DNA of 64,000 nucleotides from Pseudomonadota bacterium (GTDB lineage Bacteria; Pseudomonadota; Gammaproteobacteria; UBA1113): NCBI GenBank assembly GCA_021782495.1, contig JAJXUV010000001.1, positions 182,637 to 246,636 of the forward strand, read 5' to 3'. Shown piece by piece: positions 9,621 to 19,266 of this stretch (position 1 is its first letter; each line of letters starts with the position of its first letter). The notes under the pieces were generated by a model. It saw only the letters and a program-made list of their open reading frames with translations, ran no database searches and was not told where the DNA came from. The position numbers and the translations under genes were made by a program.

Positions 9621-10202
9621 TTATTTAAAGTTTTTTTCTACTTCTGCTAGAAGTTCTCTAACAGAGTTTAAAGGCAGCCCCATCACTGAATAAAAACACC
9701 CTTCTATTTTACAGATAAATTGTCCAATCCAACTTTGAATACCATAGGCACCGGCTTTGTCTTGATAATCGCCACTGGCCAAGTAATGGTGTATATCTGC
9801 ATCGGACATGTGTGCAAAATAGACAGTAGTTGTGTGGGTGACAATTTTTTCATAAGTCAAATGCTTTAAACCAAGACTGGTAATAACTTGATGGCTACGA
9901 CCGGAGTAACTTTTTAACATGGAAAAAGCGTGTTGATAATCTCGCGGTTTACCCAATATGGTTTTTTCTAAGACCACTTCTGTATCGGCACACAATATAG
10001 GTAAGATCTTTAATCCTCGACTTAACATAGCATCCCCGGCGGCAATTAACTTTTCTGCGGTGATGCGCCGCGAATAGGTTTCTGGTGTTTCCTCCGGTTT
10101 TTTTTCTTCAGGTATGTCGATGGACAGAATTTCAAATTCAATGCCCATTTGCTGCAATAATTTTTTTCGCCTTGGACTTTTAGACGCTAAGTAAATTTTC
10201 AT
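9621..10202 (-). CDS. maf: Maf-like nucleotide pyrophosphatase / septum-formation protein
   Basis: 193 aa, IYLASKSPRRKKLL...DTEV, Maf family. Confidence 0.85.
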   Translation of the reverse strand: MKIYLASKSPRRKKLLQQMGIEFEILSIDIPEEKKPEETPETYSRRITAEKLIAAGDAMLSRGLKILPILCADTEVVLEKTILGKPRDYQHAFSMLKSYSGRSHQVITSLGLKHLTYEKIVTHTTTVYFAHMSDADIHHYLASGDYQDKAGAYGIQSWIGQFICKIEGCFYSVMGLPLNSVRELLAEVEKNFK

Positions 10203-10654
10203 TTCAGATTACATCTAAATATTGCAGGATATCTATTCGGCATCATGGGAGATTTACGTTCTCCAATTTTTTTACAGCCCATTTTGAGATAGAACCCTTC
10301 TGCATAGGGATCGCTCCATAAAAGAAAAAATTGATCCTTATAACTTTTTGCGGTCTCAACACAATGTTCCCACATTATTTTTCCAATTCCTTGACCGATA
10401 TAATCTGAATGCATAAAAAAATTATCTAGCTCCAATTGATCGTCTTTATTTCGTGAAAAACTATACATTCCAACAGCATTTTCTTCTAATGAAGCAACGT
10501 AAGTGCTTTGCCGACTAATATAGTCAGGTGTTAAGCCAAAATTTTCCATGAATTTTTTCATAAAATCTATATCATATCCCCAATAGGCTTTGGAGGCTTT
10601 CATTATACCATTCAAAAATTCCAAATCACTATTCAATGCTATTCTTGTCTTCAT
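10199..10654 (-). CDS. GNAT family N-acetyltransferase
   Basis: 151 aa with GNAT motif A (IGQGIGKIMWEH). Confidence 0.65.
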   Translation of the reverse strand: MKTRIALNSDLEFLNGIMKASKAYWGYDIDFMKKFMENFGLTPDYISRQSTYVASLEENAVGMYSFSRNKDDQLELDNFFMHSDYIGQGIGKIMWEHCVETAKSYKDQFFLLWSDPYAEGFYLKMGCKKIGERKSPMMPNRYPAIFRCNLK

Positions 10655-10717
10655 TATAAAACCTTTGTAAAGATATATTCCTGTTATCGATGATTTTCTA
10701 TTTTCTCGTGCCTAATA

Positions 10718-11614
10718 TCAAGAAGACAATATAGAATTGATCGCCTCGCTTTTTTCTTTCGACAATGAAGTCAAGGGCAAAGTCGACAAGGCTAAAGTTT
10801 TATATAAATGGCTCATCATTTTATTCGTATCTTCAAGTGCCGCAATGTGTTTTTCTATCGTTTTGAGATCGCCCCGTTTTAATGGGCCTGTTAGTGTTTT
10901 TTCAGGAGATTTTATTTTTTTTAAATTGTTCAAAGTATCAGACATCAAACTAATCATTATTTCAAAGGCTATTTCGTCTGAAACACCGGCTTCTTTTAAA
11001 CAATCCAAGTTCGCTTTGCTGAGCGTAATCAGATAATTCGAGGCAAAAACGCCTGCGGCATGATAAATAGCTTTTTTGTGACCATCGATAAAATAAGTGA
11101 TTGACCCTATCGCATCAAATAGATATTTTAATTTTTCTGTGACTTCTGGATCCCCTTCTATTGAACAAAAAGTACCATGATAGTGTTGCACACCGAATTG
11201 TGGGTCGGCAAAATTTCGCGCGGGATGAACACTGGCGATAAAACAATGTTTCGATTTGACCACATTTAAAATCGTCGAAGAAAGCGCGCCACTGCAATGC
11301 AATACAATACTCTTTTCTTTAAGATGGCCGATAGAAACCAGCTTAGAACAGAGAGATTCAATTAAATCATCTGGTGTGGTGATAAACGTGATATCCGCTT
11401 CGGGCAATTCTTCTAAACTAGAAAACGGAGTGCCTTGCCCCATGAAAAGAACGGCCTCTTTTGCGCTGTCATAAGAACGATTCACAACACCCAGGATCTT
11501 CCCAATATTATTTTGAACCAATAATTTTCCGATGGTTTTTCCTAAATGCCCCGCGCCAATGAAATTAATAGTGGCATTCATCATTTCGATAATCTCCAGG
11601 CTTTTTGAATCCAC
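10718..11614 (-). CDS. Rossmann-fold NAD(P)-binding oxidoreductase (DUF2520-like); possibly a PanG-type ketopantoate reductase
   Basis: N-terminal INFIGAGHLGKTIGK dinucleotide-binding motif, ~300 aa. A PanG assignment would be an inference. Confidence 0.45.
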   Translation of the reverse strand: MDSKSLEIIEMMNATINFIGAGHLGKTIGKLLVQNNIGKILGVVNRSYDSAKEAVLFMGQGTPFSSLEELPEADITFITTPDDLIESLCSKLVSIGHLKEKSIVLHCSGALSSTILNVVKSKHCFIASVHPARNFADPQFGVQHYHGTFCSIEGDPEVTEKLKYLFDAIGSITYFIDGHKKAIYHAAGVFASNYLITLSKANLDCLKEAGVSDEIAFEIMISLMSDTLNNLKKIKSPEKTLTGPLKRGDLKTIEKHIAALEDTNKMMSHLYKTLALSTLPLTSLSKEKSEAINSILSS

Positions 11615-12927
11615 TCCAAGGAACGCGCTTTGGTTTCAGGTAGAAAGAAATAACAAAATACAAATCCTAAAATACAAACACTCGCATACAATGAGAAAGT
11701 CCACACCACACCGAAATACGATAAAATAGATAAAAAACTTGCGGCAACTATAAGATTAGCGGCCCATTGGATCGCAGTGACAATACTCATTGCAAATCCT
11801 CTGCATTGCAAAGGGTAAATCTCTGCAATGATAACCCAAAACAACCCCCCTATTCCCAGGGAATAGCCTGCAATGTACGTGATCATCAAAAATAGCAATC
11901 CTATTTTTGCTTCTTCTCGATGCACTACATTGGCTAAACCACAACTCAGCAATAATAAACTGACACCTGCAATCGCAAATCCATAAAGCAATAAGCGACG
12001 GCGCCCCAGTTTATCGACACACAATAAAGCGATAATACTCATCAAAGTATTGACCACTCCCATAATGAGCGTCGCAAAAATAGACGCTGTCGTACTTTCA
12101 AAACCCAATTGATTAAATAAAATAGGGCCATAATACATCACGGTATTAATCCCTACAAATTGTTGCAAAACACCCAATACCACACCGATCATCAAAACTT
12201 TACGCCAAGGTTGATAGAATAAATCACGCCATTTAAATTCTGTTCTATTTAAGGTATCCGCTATTTCTTCAAATTCACTGTCTATATCGGTATGGCCTCG
12301 CAATCGACTTAAGGTTTTTTTAGCTTTTTGAACTTGACCTTTCAATACCAACCAACGCGGTGAAGTGGGTAGCAATAAAAGTCCTAAGAGCAACAGTACG
12401 GCTGGAATCAAGCCCGAACCCAACATAAGACGCCAAGATTGGGTTTGCGCTAAACCATAATCCACCAAAAAAGAAATCGCTTCTCCACTGGTGATCATAA
12501 CCACACTCAATAAAACCAATGCGCCCCGTTTATTCGCGGGTGCCATTTCAGAAATAAATAAAGGCGTAGTATAAGAAGAAATTCCAATGGCCAATCCAAT
12601 GATTAAGCGCCCTAGCATCAAGATCCACACTTGCCAAGCCATCATGGCCAATATCGTACCGACGATGAAAAATAAAGCGGACAATAACAACATGAAACGG
12701 CGTCCAAAACGATCGGCTAAGAGGCCACTGCATAAAGCACCTAACAAAGCACCTAACACCACACTCGAAACCACCCATTCTGAATAGAGCGTATTCAATG
12801 CGAAGGTATCTTGTATGAAAATAATCGCTCCCGAAATAACGCCGGTATCATAACCAAACAAAAACCCACCTAGAGCTGCAATAGAGGCTACCACCCATAA
12901 AAAATAACTCTCTTTAGTATCAACCAT
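11581..12927 (-). CDS. MFS transporter, sugar-porter family
   Basis: 12 TM segments, GRR motifs, PTSPRW and PETKARSLEWIQ signatures of sugar:H+ symporters. Confidence 0.8.
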   Translation of the reverse strand: MVDTKESYFLWVVASIAALGGFLFGYDTGVISGAIIFIQDTFALNTLYSEWVVSSVVLGALLGALCSGLLADRFGRRFMLLLSALFFIVGTILAMMAWQVWILMLGRLIIGLAIGISSYTTPLFISEMAPANKRGALVLLSVVMITSGEAISFLVDYGLAQTQSWRLMLGSGLIPAVLLLLGLLLLPTSPRWLVLKGQVQKAKKTLSRLRGHTDIDSEFEEIADTLNRTEFKWRDLFYQPWRKVLMIGVVLGVLQQFVGINTVMYYGPILFNQLGFESTTASIFATLIMGVVNTLMSIIALLCVDKLGRRRLLLYGFAIAGVSLLLLSCGLANVVHREEAKIGLLFLMITYIAGYSLGIGGLFWVIIAEIYPLQCRGFAMSIVTAIQWAANLIVAASFLSILSYFGVVWTFSLYASVCILGFVFCYFFLPETKARSLEWIQKAWRLSK

Positions 12928-14983
12928 CTACCCATCCTTGGTAAACGCAATGCGCCTCACCTTCCATCCAAACTGAAGCCTTAGGATCGGACCAATGAAT
13001 CACCAATTCACCGCCAGGTAATTGCACCTTGACAGGACTGTGACAATCGCCATCGCGAATGGCAATCGCTGCTGCGGCACAAGCACCACTGCCACAAGCC
13101 AAAGTTTCACCCACCCCGCGTTCGTAAACACGCAAAGCCAATTGATGCATATTTAAAATTTGCATGAACCCAACATTAGTTTGTCTTGGAAAATCTGCAT
13201 GCAGGCAAAGGGCTTGTCCGACGGTAGCCACCGACGCATTTTCCAGATCTTGCACTTTCAATATGGCATGCGGATTTCCCATGGATAAAGCTGAAAATCG
13301 ATGCATTTCGCCCTTTAAGACAATATCGTAATGTGTTTGTGCTGCTCTGTTTAAAGGCACCGCTTCTGGAAGAAAATTGGGACAACCCATATCCACAGTA
13401 AAGCGATATTCTGAAAGCCTTTTGACAGTGCTAACCCGATTGCCCGTTTTCAAATAGATGGCTTGCATCGGATCCACTTTACTGTTCATACAAAGATATA
13501 GGGCCACTGCACGTGCACCATTTCCACATTGTTCTGCCTCAGTACCATCGGCATTGTAAATGCGATATTCAAATTGATTCGCATCGTGTTTTCGAATCGC
13601 CAACAGTTGATCAAACCCAATACCTGTATAGCGATTCGATAATTTTTTGATTTTTTCTTCACGCCACAGAGAGGGATTTTCATCGAGATCCAACAAAACA
13701 AAATCATTGCCCAAAGCTTGCATTTTAACAAAAGCGTGGGGTTTTTCTGGAAGCAATAAATCCTGGACTGTTTCACGTCGACGAATCAAGGTAGCTTTAT
13801 TCTTATAAACCAAGATTTCTGCGGCACGTCCCCGCGCATTGTACTGAGAACTCATGCTAAAACCATATGCACCTACAGTGCGTATGGCAATGAAATCTCC
13901 GGGCTGAATCGCAAGCAATCTCGATTTCCCCAGAAAATCGCTGCTTTCACACACGGGTCCCACCAAATCTACCAAAATTTCTTTTTGCTGCGTTTTTTTC
14001 ACCGGAATGATTTTATGATGCGCATCGTATAACGCCGGACGCATTAAATCTGTCATGCCTGCATCTAAAATCGCAAAGGTTTTGCTTTCCGTTTCCTTCA
14101 AATATTCTACTTTTGCCACTAAAATACCGGTATTGGCCACGATCACGCGACCCGGCTCCAACCATAAGGTCAAAGGATAAGGCGCTTCTTGTTTTAAGCG
14201 CGTTAAAATCGCATCAGCATAGGCTGTTAGCGTCGGTGGATTTTCTGTATCGTAACACACCCCTAAACCGCCGCCGATATCAAGGTGTTCCAAAAAAATC
14301 CCTTCTTTTTTTAAAGACTGTATCAATTGCAAGACACAAGTCAAAGCTTCTTCGAAAGGTGTTAATTCCAAAATTTGCGAACCGATGTGACAAGCGATAC
14401 CGACGGCTTTTAATGCCGGTAATTGTTGGATGGTTTTATAAACGGCAAGCACTTCATTTTTATTAATACCAAATTTATTGCTGGCCAACCCCGTAGAAAT
14501 ATAAGGATGCGTATCGGCTTTAATGTCAGGATTGACACGCACTGCCACTGAAGCGATTTGTCCGATCGATTGCGCAATTTCGTTGATGCGTTCTACTTCA
14601 GGAAGTGATTCCACATTAAACACGGCAATGTTTGCGATGAGTGCTTGTCGAATTTCGCTTTCGGTTTTTCCCACACCTGAAAATACGATTTTTTGTGGAT
14701 CGGCACCCGCTTCCAAAACTCGTGCCAATTCACCTCCAGACACAATATCAAAACCAGCGCCCAAATTCGCCAATATTTTTAAAAGACTCAAATTGCCATT
14801 GGCTTTCACCGCATAACAAATGCGATGTGGATGTTTTTTGAAAGCCTCTTCTATGACACGCCAGTGTCGTTCTAAAGTTTGTTGGGAATAAACGTAACAA
14901 GGTGTACCATATTGCTGAACGATCTCACTCACCGAAACTTCTTCGGCATACAGTGTATTATCCTTATAGACGAAATGATCCAT
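12920..14983 (-). CDS. lysA-dapF: Bifunctional fusion: diaminopimelate decarboxylase (LysA, N-terminal) plus diaminopimelate epimerase (DapF, C-terminal)
   Basis: N-terminal Orn/DAP decarboxylase motifs (CYAVKANGNLSLLKILANLGAGFDIVSGGEL). C-terminal DapF motifs (GNDFVLLD, CGNGARAV). 687 aa, roughly the sum of both enzymes. Confidence 0.85.
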   Translation of the reverse strand: MDHFVYKDNTLYAEEVSVSEIVQQYGTPCYVYSQQTLERHWRVIEEAFKKHPHRICYAVKANGNLSLLKILANLGAGFDIVSGGELARVLEAGADPQKIVFSGVGKTESEIRQALIANIAVFNVESLPEVERINEIAQSIGQIASVAVRVNPDIKADTHPYISTGLASNKFGINKNEVLAVYKTIQQLPALKAVGIACHIGSQILELTPFEEALTCVLQLIQSLKKEGIFLEHLDIGGGLGVCYDTENPPTLTAYADAILTRLKQEAPYPLTLWLEPGRVIVANTGILVAKVEYLKETESKTFAILDAGMTDLMRPALYDAHHKIIPVKKTQQKEILVDLVGPVCESSDFLGKSRLLAIQPGDFIAIRTVGAYGFSMSSQYNARGRAAEILVYKNKATLIRRRETVQDLLLPEKPHAFVKMQALGNDFVLLDLDENPSLWREEKIKKLSNRYTGIGFDQLLAIRKHDANQFEYRIYNADGTEAEQCGNGARAVALYLCMNSKVDPMQAIYLKTGNRVSTVKRLSEYRFTVDMGCPNFLPEAVPLNRAAQTHYDIVLKGEMHRFSALSMGNPHAILKVQDLENASVATVGQALCLHADFPRQTNVGFMQILNMHQLALRVYERGVGETLACGSGACAAAAIAIRDGDCHSPVKVQLPGGELVIHWSDPKASVWMEGEAHCVYQGWVDG

Positions 14984-14992
14984 GCAACACCT

Positions 14993-16492
14993 CTAATACG
15001 CTCTAGCAAAAACCACCTTTCGTTGTGTTTTAGCGCCTGTGAAAATACACACGCCTTCTTGATCACCTTGTTCTAATGGAATACACCGCGCACTCACTTT
15101 AAGCGGTTTTAAATAAGATTCTATTTCCGGCGTATCTACGGCATAGCAAGACGCAAAGCCCGTTATGCCTTCTTTTTCTTCTGCGAAATAAGCTTGGAAT
15201 TCAGCCAAACTCGAAACAGACACACTGCGATCACGTCTATAAGCTTCCGCACGAACAAACAAAGCACACTGCATTTCTTCTAATGTTTCTGATATCGTAT
15301 CGGTTAACACGGAAATTTTTTGGCTGAATCTCGCTTTAACATCTTGATCGCGTCGATACAAAGAGACTGCATTTTCGGCAATATCTCTAGGACCAATCTC
15401 TAATCGAATCGGCACGCCTTTTTTAATCCACTGCCAATTCTTCTCACCTCCTGCAATATCGCGATTGTCAATGTGTACTCGTAAAAATTCATCACGCCAC
15501 CGGAGTTTCTTTAATTGTTGTTCTAAGCTCGCGCAAAAAGATAAAACAGCTTCTTTGTCTTCTTCTTTTTTGTAAATAGGCAATATCACAATCTGATGGG
15601 GAGCCAATTGCGGTGGCAACACCAAACCATTGTCATCGCTGTGCGTCATGATTAAGCCACCAATTAAACGCGTCGATGTTCCCCAAGACGTAGTCCACAC
15701 ATGTTGTATTTGTCCTTGTTGATCCGTGAATTGAATGTCATATCCCTTCGAAAAATTTTGTCCCAAGAAATGCGAAGTACCTGCTTGCAAGGCTTTGCCA
15801 TCTTGCATCATCGCTTCCATGCAATAGGTGTTCACGGCACCGGGAAAACGCTCAGACTCTGTTTTTTCACCGACAATAACGGGCATGGCCAAAGCACCTT
15901 CCACAAATTGGCGATACACTTCTAACATCTTTAAAGTTTCTTCCACAGCTTCTGCTGCTGTGGCATGTGCTGTGTGTCCTTCTTGCCATAAGAATTCAGA
16001 AGTGCGTAAAAATAACCGCGTGCGCATTTCCCAACGCATCACATTGGCCCATTGATTCAATAACAAAGGCAAATCTCGATAGGATTGTATCCATTTGCTG
16101 TACATCGTTCCGATAATGGTTTCACTGGTCGGACGAATCACATAAGGTTCTTCCAATTCACCATCGGGTTTTAAACCGCCCTGACCATCGTCTATCAAAC
16201 GATGGTGTGTCACCACCGCACATTCTTTAGCGAATCCCTCTATATGTTTGGCTTCTTTCTCCAATTGACTTAAGGGAATCAACAACGGGAAATAGGCATT
16301 AACGTGTCCGGTTTCCTTGATACGTTCGTCCAAAATCTTTTGCATGCGTTCCCAAATCGCATAACCCCAGGGTTTAATCACCATGCACCCTCGTACCGGC
16401 GATACTTCGGCCAGATCTGCTTCTCGAATAACTTGCTGATACCATTCTGGATAATTTTCTTGCCGTGTGGGCTGAATTGCGCTTTTTTGCAT
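14993..16492 (-). CDS. proS: Prolyl-tRNA synthetase, archaeal/eukaryote-like type
   Basis: 499 aa with N-terminal YPEWYQQVIREADL, a class II core, and a C-terminal zinc-binding domain ending in the characteristic terminal Tyr (ARAY). Confidence 0.85.
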   Translation of the reverse strand: MQKSAIQPTRQENYPEWYQQVIREADLAEVSPVRGCMVIKPWGYAIWERMQKILDERIKETGHVNAYFPLLIPLSQLEKEAKHIEGFAKECAVVTHHRLIDDGQGGLKPDGELEEPYVIRPTSETIIGTMYSKWIQSYRDLPLLLNQWANVMRWEMRTRLFLRTSEFLWQEGHTAHATAAEAVEETLKMLEVYRQFVEGALAMPVIVGEKTESERFPGAVNTYCMEAMMQDGKALQAGTSHFLGQNFSKGYDIQFTDQQGQIQHVWTTSWGTSTRLIGGLIMTHSDDNGLVLPPQLAPHQIVILPIYKKEEDKEAVLSFCASLEQQLKKLRWRDEFLRVHIDNRDIAGGEKNWQWIKKGVPIRLEIGPRDIAENAVSLYRRDQDVKARFSQKISVLTDTISETLEEMQCALFVRAEAYRRDRSVSVSSLAEFQAYFAEEKEGITGFASCYAVDTPEIESYLKPLKVSARCIPLEQGDQEGVCIFTGAKTQRKVVFARAY

Positions 16493-16553
16493 GATCGACC
16501 TAAATGTAAAACAATAGAGATAGTTGTATTATTATACAAATAAATTGAAATAA

Positions 16554-17372
16554 TTACAATATCACGAAATTGTCAATTAACCGTATGCCATGGCATTCCA
16601 CCGCAACAAATAAGCGGTTGAAATGTGTTTCTAAGTATTCTACGTGCAATCCAGCTTCTTCTAAACGACGCTGAATTGCGCCAAGATCATCAAAAGATCC
16701 ACTGCGCAGCAATTCAGCGAAACGATGCGCGAGTGGTAATTGCTCAGCAGTGAATCGTTGATTGCGAGAACTCAAGGGTAGACCTGAAGCTTCACGTATG
16801 GTTTCACATGGAATAACCTCAACGTCTAAAAAATAATTTCGTACTAATGCTTGGATTAACTCACATTGTTGAAAATCTTTTTCGCCAAAATACACCCGAT
16901 GTGGTTTAACCCATTGCAATAATTTCATCACCACCGTTAATACCCCACTGAAATGGCCTGGCCGTACTTTACCCTCTAGAATTTGGCTTAAAGGATGGTG
17001 TGGAACAATCGGCATTTGATTGCCTTCTGGATACAAATCTTTTTCCTCAGGGACGATCACTGCATCCACTTCGTAGGTTCTGGCAATGTCGATGTCCCTT
17101 TCCAATGTTCTAGGATAATGCTGATAATCTTCTGCTTTGTTAAATTGTGTGGGATTCACAAAAATACTTAAAACCAGAAAATCGTTTTCCGCGCGTGCTC
17201 TTTTCAATAAACTTACATGCCCTGCGTGCAAAGCGCCCATAGTGGGAACAAAACCAATTCGAATACGTGATGGTAAAGCTTGCCTTACTTTGATCCAATT
17301 GGCGTAATGAGTGTAACTATTCATGAGAAAATTCCTCAGTCGGATAGGCTTTTTCTTTGACTTCTTTGACAT
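16554..17372 (-). CDS. panC: Pantoate--beta-alanine ligase
   Basis: GFVPTMGALHAGHVSL (HxGH) motif, 272 aa. Overlaps panB by 56 bp. Confidence 0.9.
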   Translation of the reverse strand: MSKKSKKKPIRLRNFLMNSYTHYANWIKVRQALPSRIRIGFVPTMGALHAGHVSLLKRARAENDFLVLSIFVNPTQFNKAEDYQHYPRTLERDIDIARTYEVDAVIVPEEKDLYPEGNQMPIVPHHPLSQILEGKVRPGHFSGVLTVVMKLLQWVKPHRVYFGEKDFQQCELIQALVRNYFLDVEVIPCETIREASGLPLSSRNQRFTAEQLPLAHRFAELLRSGSFDDLGAIQRRLEEAGLHVEYLETHFNRLFVAVECHGIRLIDNFVIL

Positions 17373-18108
17373 ACTGATTCAGTGCTTCTAAACAAAGATG
17401 TTGACCTGACATAAATTTTTTGACAAATTTGGCGTTGAACGTACTTAATCCCAATAAATCGTGTAATACCAAAATTTGACCGTCGGTGTGTAGACCAGCA
17501 CCAATGCCGATGGTAGGAATAGACAAAGTGTTCGTAACGGTTTGTGCGAGGGCCACAGGCATGCATTCTAAAACAACTGAAAAAGCGCCAAGGGCCTCTA
17601 AACTTTTGGCGTCTTCCAACAATCGATTTTGTGAATTTTTTTCGCGTCCTTGTATTTTAAAGCCTCCTAAACCATGTACGTGCTGAAGCGTTAATCCCAG
17701 ATGTCCCATCACGGGAATGCCTGATTCCACTAAATGACGAATCAGCATTTCATTACCCCGTACACCTTCTATCTTGACGGCTTGTGCGCCGGCTTGAATT
17801 AAAGCTTCTACCGCATTTAAACTTTGATCGAGTGATTTTCTGTAACTGAGAAAAGGCATGTCAACGATTAAGAATTTTTTTTGGTTTAAGCCTCTGGCCA
17901 CTGCACACGTATGCAGCACCATCATGTCCATCGTTGCATAGGTGGTGTCTGGATAACCATGCATCACCATCGCAGCACTATCGCCGACTAAAACAGCGTC
18001 TATTTCGCTGTTTGCAATGATTTGAGCAGACGTATAATCGTAGCAAGTCACCAAAGTGATTTTAGTCTGCTCTAATTTGGCTTTCTGAAAATGGTGGATG
18101 TTACGCAT
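17317..18108 (-). CDS. panB: 3-methyl-2-oxobutanoate hydroxymethyltransferase
   Basis: 263 aa, VTCYDYTSA...MVLHTCAV...GIPVMGHLGLTPQ-like motifs. Confidence 0.9.
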   Translation of the reverse strand: MRNIHHFQKAKLEQTKITLVTCYDYTSAQIIANSEIDAVLVGDSAAMVMHGYPDTTYATMDMMVLHTCAVARGLNQKKFLIVDMPFLSYRKSLDQSLNAVEALIQAGAQAVKIEGVRGNEMLIRHLVESGIPVMGHLGLTLQHVHGLGGFKIQGREKNSQNRLLEDAKSLEALGAFSVVLECMPVALAQTVTNTLSIPTIGIGAGLHTDGQILVLHDLLGLSTFNAKFVKKFMSGQHLCLEALNQYVKEVKEKAYPTEEFSHE

Positions 18109-18206
18109 GACAAACCTCGCAAGTGGTTGATAAATAATATTTAAATGGCTTTAAGTTAGGGTGTAGGGTGGGGAATTGTAACATATTTATAAAATAATGT
18201 ACGACT

Positions 18207-18280
18207 CTAGGGCTTGTTTACATTTGGTTGGTCGAAGCGAAAAATGAGTAAGGCCGGTCAAAATCAAGACATTGACAAGA
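18207..18280 (+). repeat. Short, internally deleted derivative of MITE-A (ctagggcttgtttacattt...gtcgaagcgaaaaatgag...cattgacaag)
   Basis: It shares the left TIR-like end and the gtcgaagcgaaaaatgag core with the full copies at 47.35 and 50.88 kb. Confidence 0.5.
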
Positions 18281-18360
18281 AAAAGTTTTTTACTTAATAT
18301 CCCAGCTCTTAGCGATGGGCGCTAGGTGAATTACAATGAATAACGAAGGAGAGAATAATT

Positions 18361-18867
18361 ATGTCTAAATTATTTAAAATCACATTCTTACTGAGTGCTT
18401 TTATCGCAACGACTTGCCAAGCAGCCTCTGATGGTCTTTATACAGGCGTGCAATTGGGTGGGGCAGGCGCGATACTTGCGGGTGGTGGCGTCTACGGCCG
18501 TCTGTTATTAGGCGAACAAGTGAATCGCTTTTTTGCATTTGAAACAGGTGCCACCCTATTACCCCATACCAATAGCGGCGGCGGTTGGATACACGGAGAG
18601 GCAGGGAAAGCCTATACGGTGGATGGCGATGTAAAGCTGATGTTGCCCCTTGGCAGTCGTTTTAATTTGTATGCCAAAGCAGGTCCTTCCGTTGGATACG
18701 TAGAAGCGGATAGCAAAGGCATGGCATTGTTGGCAAATGCGTCTGTCGGTATGAATCTGGATTTGACGAAACACGTTTCTACCGATCTGTCTGTGGGAAC
18801 ACTATTCGGTCAGCGGGATTTTGCAGATGCTTTTATCGGACTGGGTATGAGCTATCATTTTGCTTAA
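18361..18867 (+). CDS. Small outer-membrane beta-barrel protein (OmpA-like TM domain / OmpW-like)
   Basis: Signal peptide, alternating-hydrophobicity strands, C-terminal aromatic end (MSYHFA). RBS aaggagag upstream. Confidence 0.6.
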   Translation: MSKLFKITFLLSAFIATTCQAASDGLYTGVQLGGAGAILAGGGVYGRLLLGEQVNRFFAFETGATLLPHTNSGGGWIHGEAGKAYTVDGDVKLMLPLGSRFNLYAKAGPSVGYVEADSKGMALLANASVGMNLDLTKHVSTDLSVGTLFGQRDFADAFIGLGMSYHFA

Positions 18868-18892
18868 AAAATAAGAAATAGAAACCACGCAA

Positions 18893-18926
18893 AAAATCAG
18901 CGCGCGACTAAGTTCGCGCGCTAAAA
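18893..18926. terminator. Bidirectional stem-loop terminator between convergent genes
   Basis: cagcgcgcgactaagttcgcgcgctaaaatt: a 9-bp GC-rich stem with A/T runs on both sides. Confidence 0.5.
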
Positions 18927-18933
18927 TTGCGAT

Positions 18934-19266
18934 TTATTCGTTGCTGCTGTTATCATCGCTGTCACTGGAAGTACCATCCTCAGAATCATCATCGTCCATC
19001 ATATTGCTGTCGTTGGCATTCGCATTATTATCTTGTTGCTCTTGCTGCGCACCAAAAGCAGAATAATTGTCCGTGCTGGCTGCTTCATCGTTGATTTGCG
19101 CAGGAGAATCGGTTTGATCTACGGCATCGTCATTGACTAACCCTCCTGCTGCTGAAGTCCCCGCATCCGCAAACATGGGTCTTGCATCTGCGGTTAAAGC
19201 AGCAAAACCCAATTGACTGAAACTCAATAAGGCTATAGCCGATATCAATACGCTTTTTGATTTCAT
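18934..19266 (-). CDS. Secreted acidic low-complexity protein (signal peptide plus D/S/E-rich tail)
   Basis: Signal peptide MKSKSVLISAIALLSFSQLGFA, C-terminal DDDDSEDGTSSDSDDNSSNE. I recognise no family. Confidence 0.45.
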   Translation of the reverse strand: MKSKSVLISAIALLSFSQLGFAALTADARPMFADAGTSAAGGLVNDDAVDQTDSPAQINDEAASTDNYSAFGAQQEQQDNNANANDSNMMDDDDSEDGTSSDSDDNSSNE

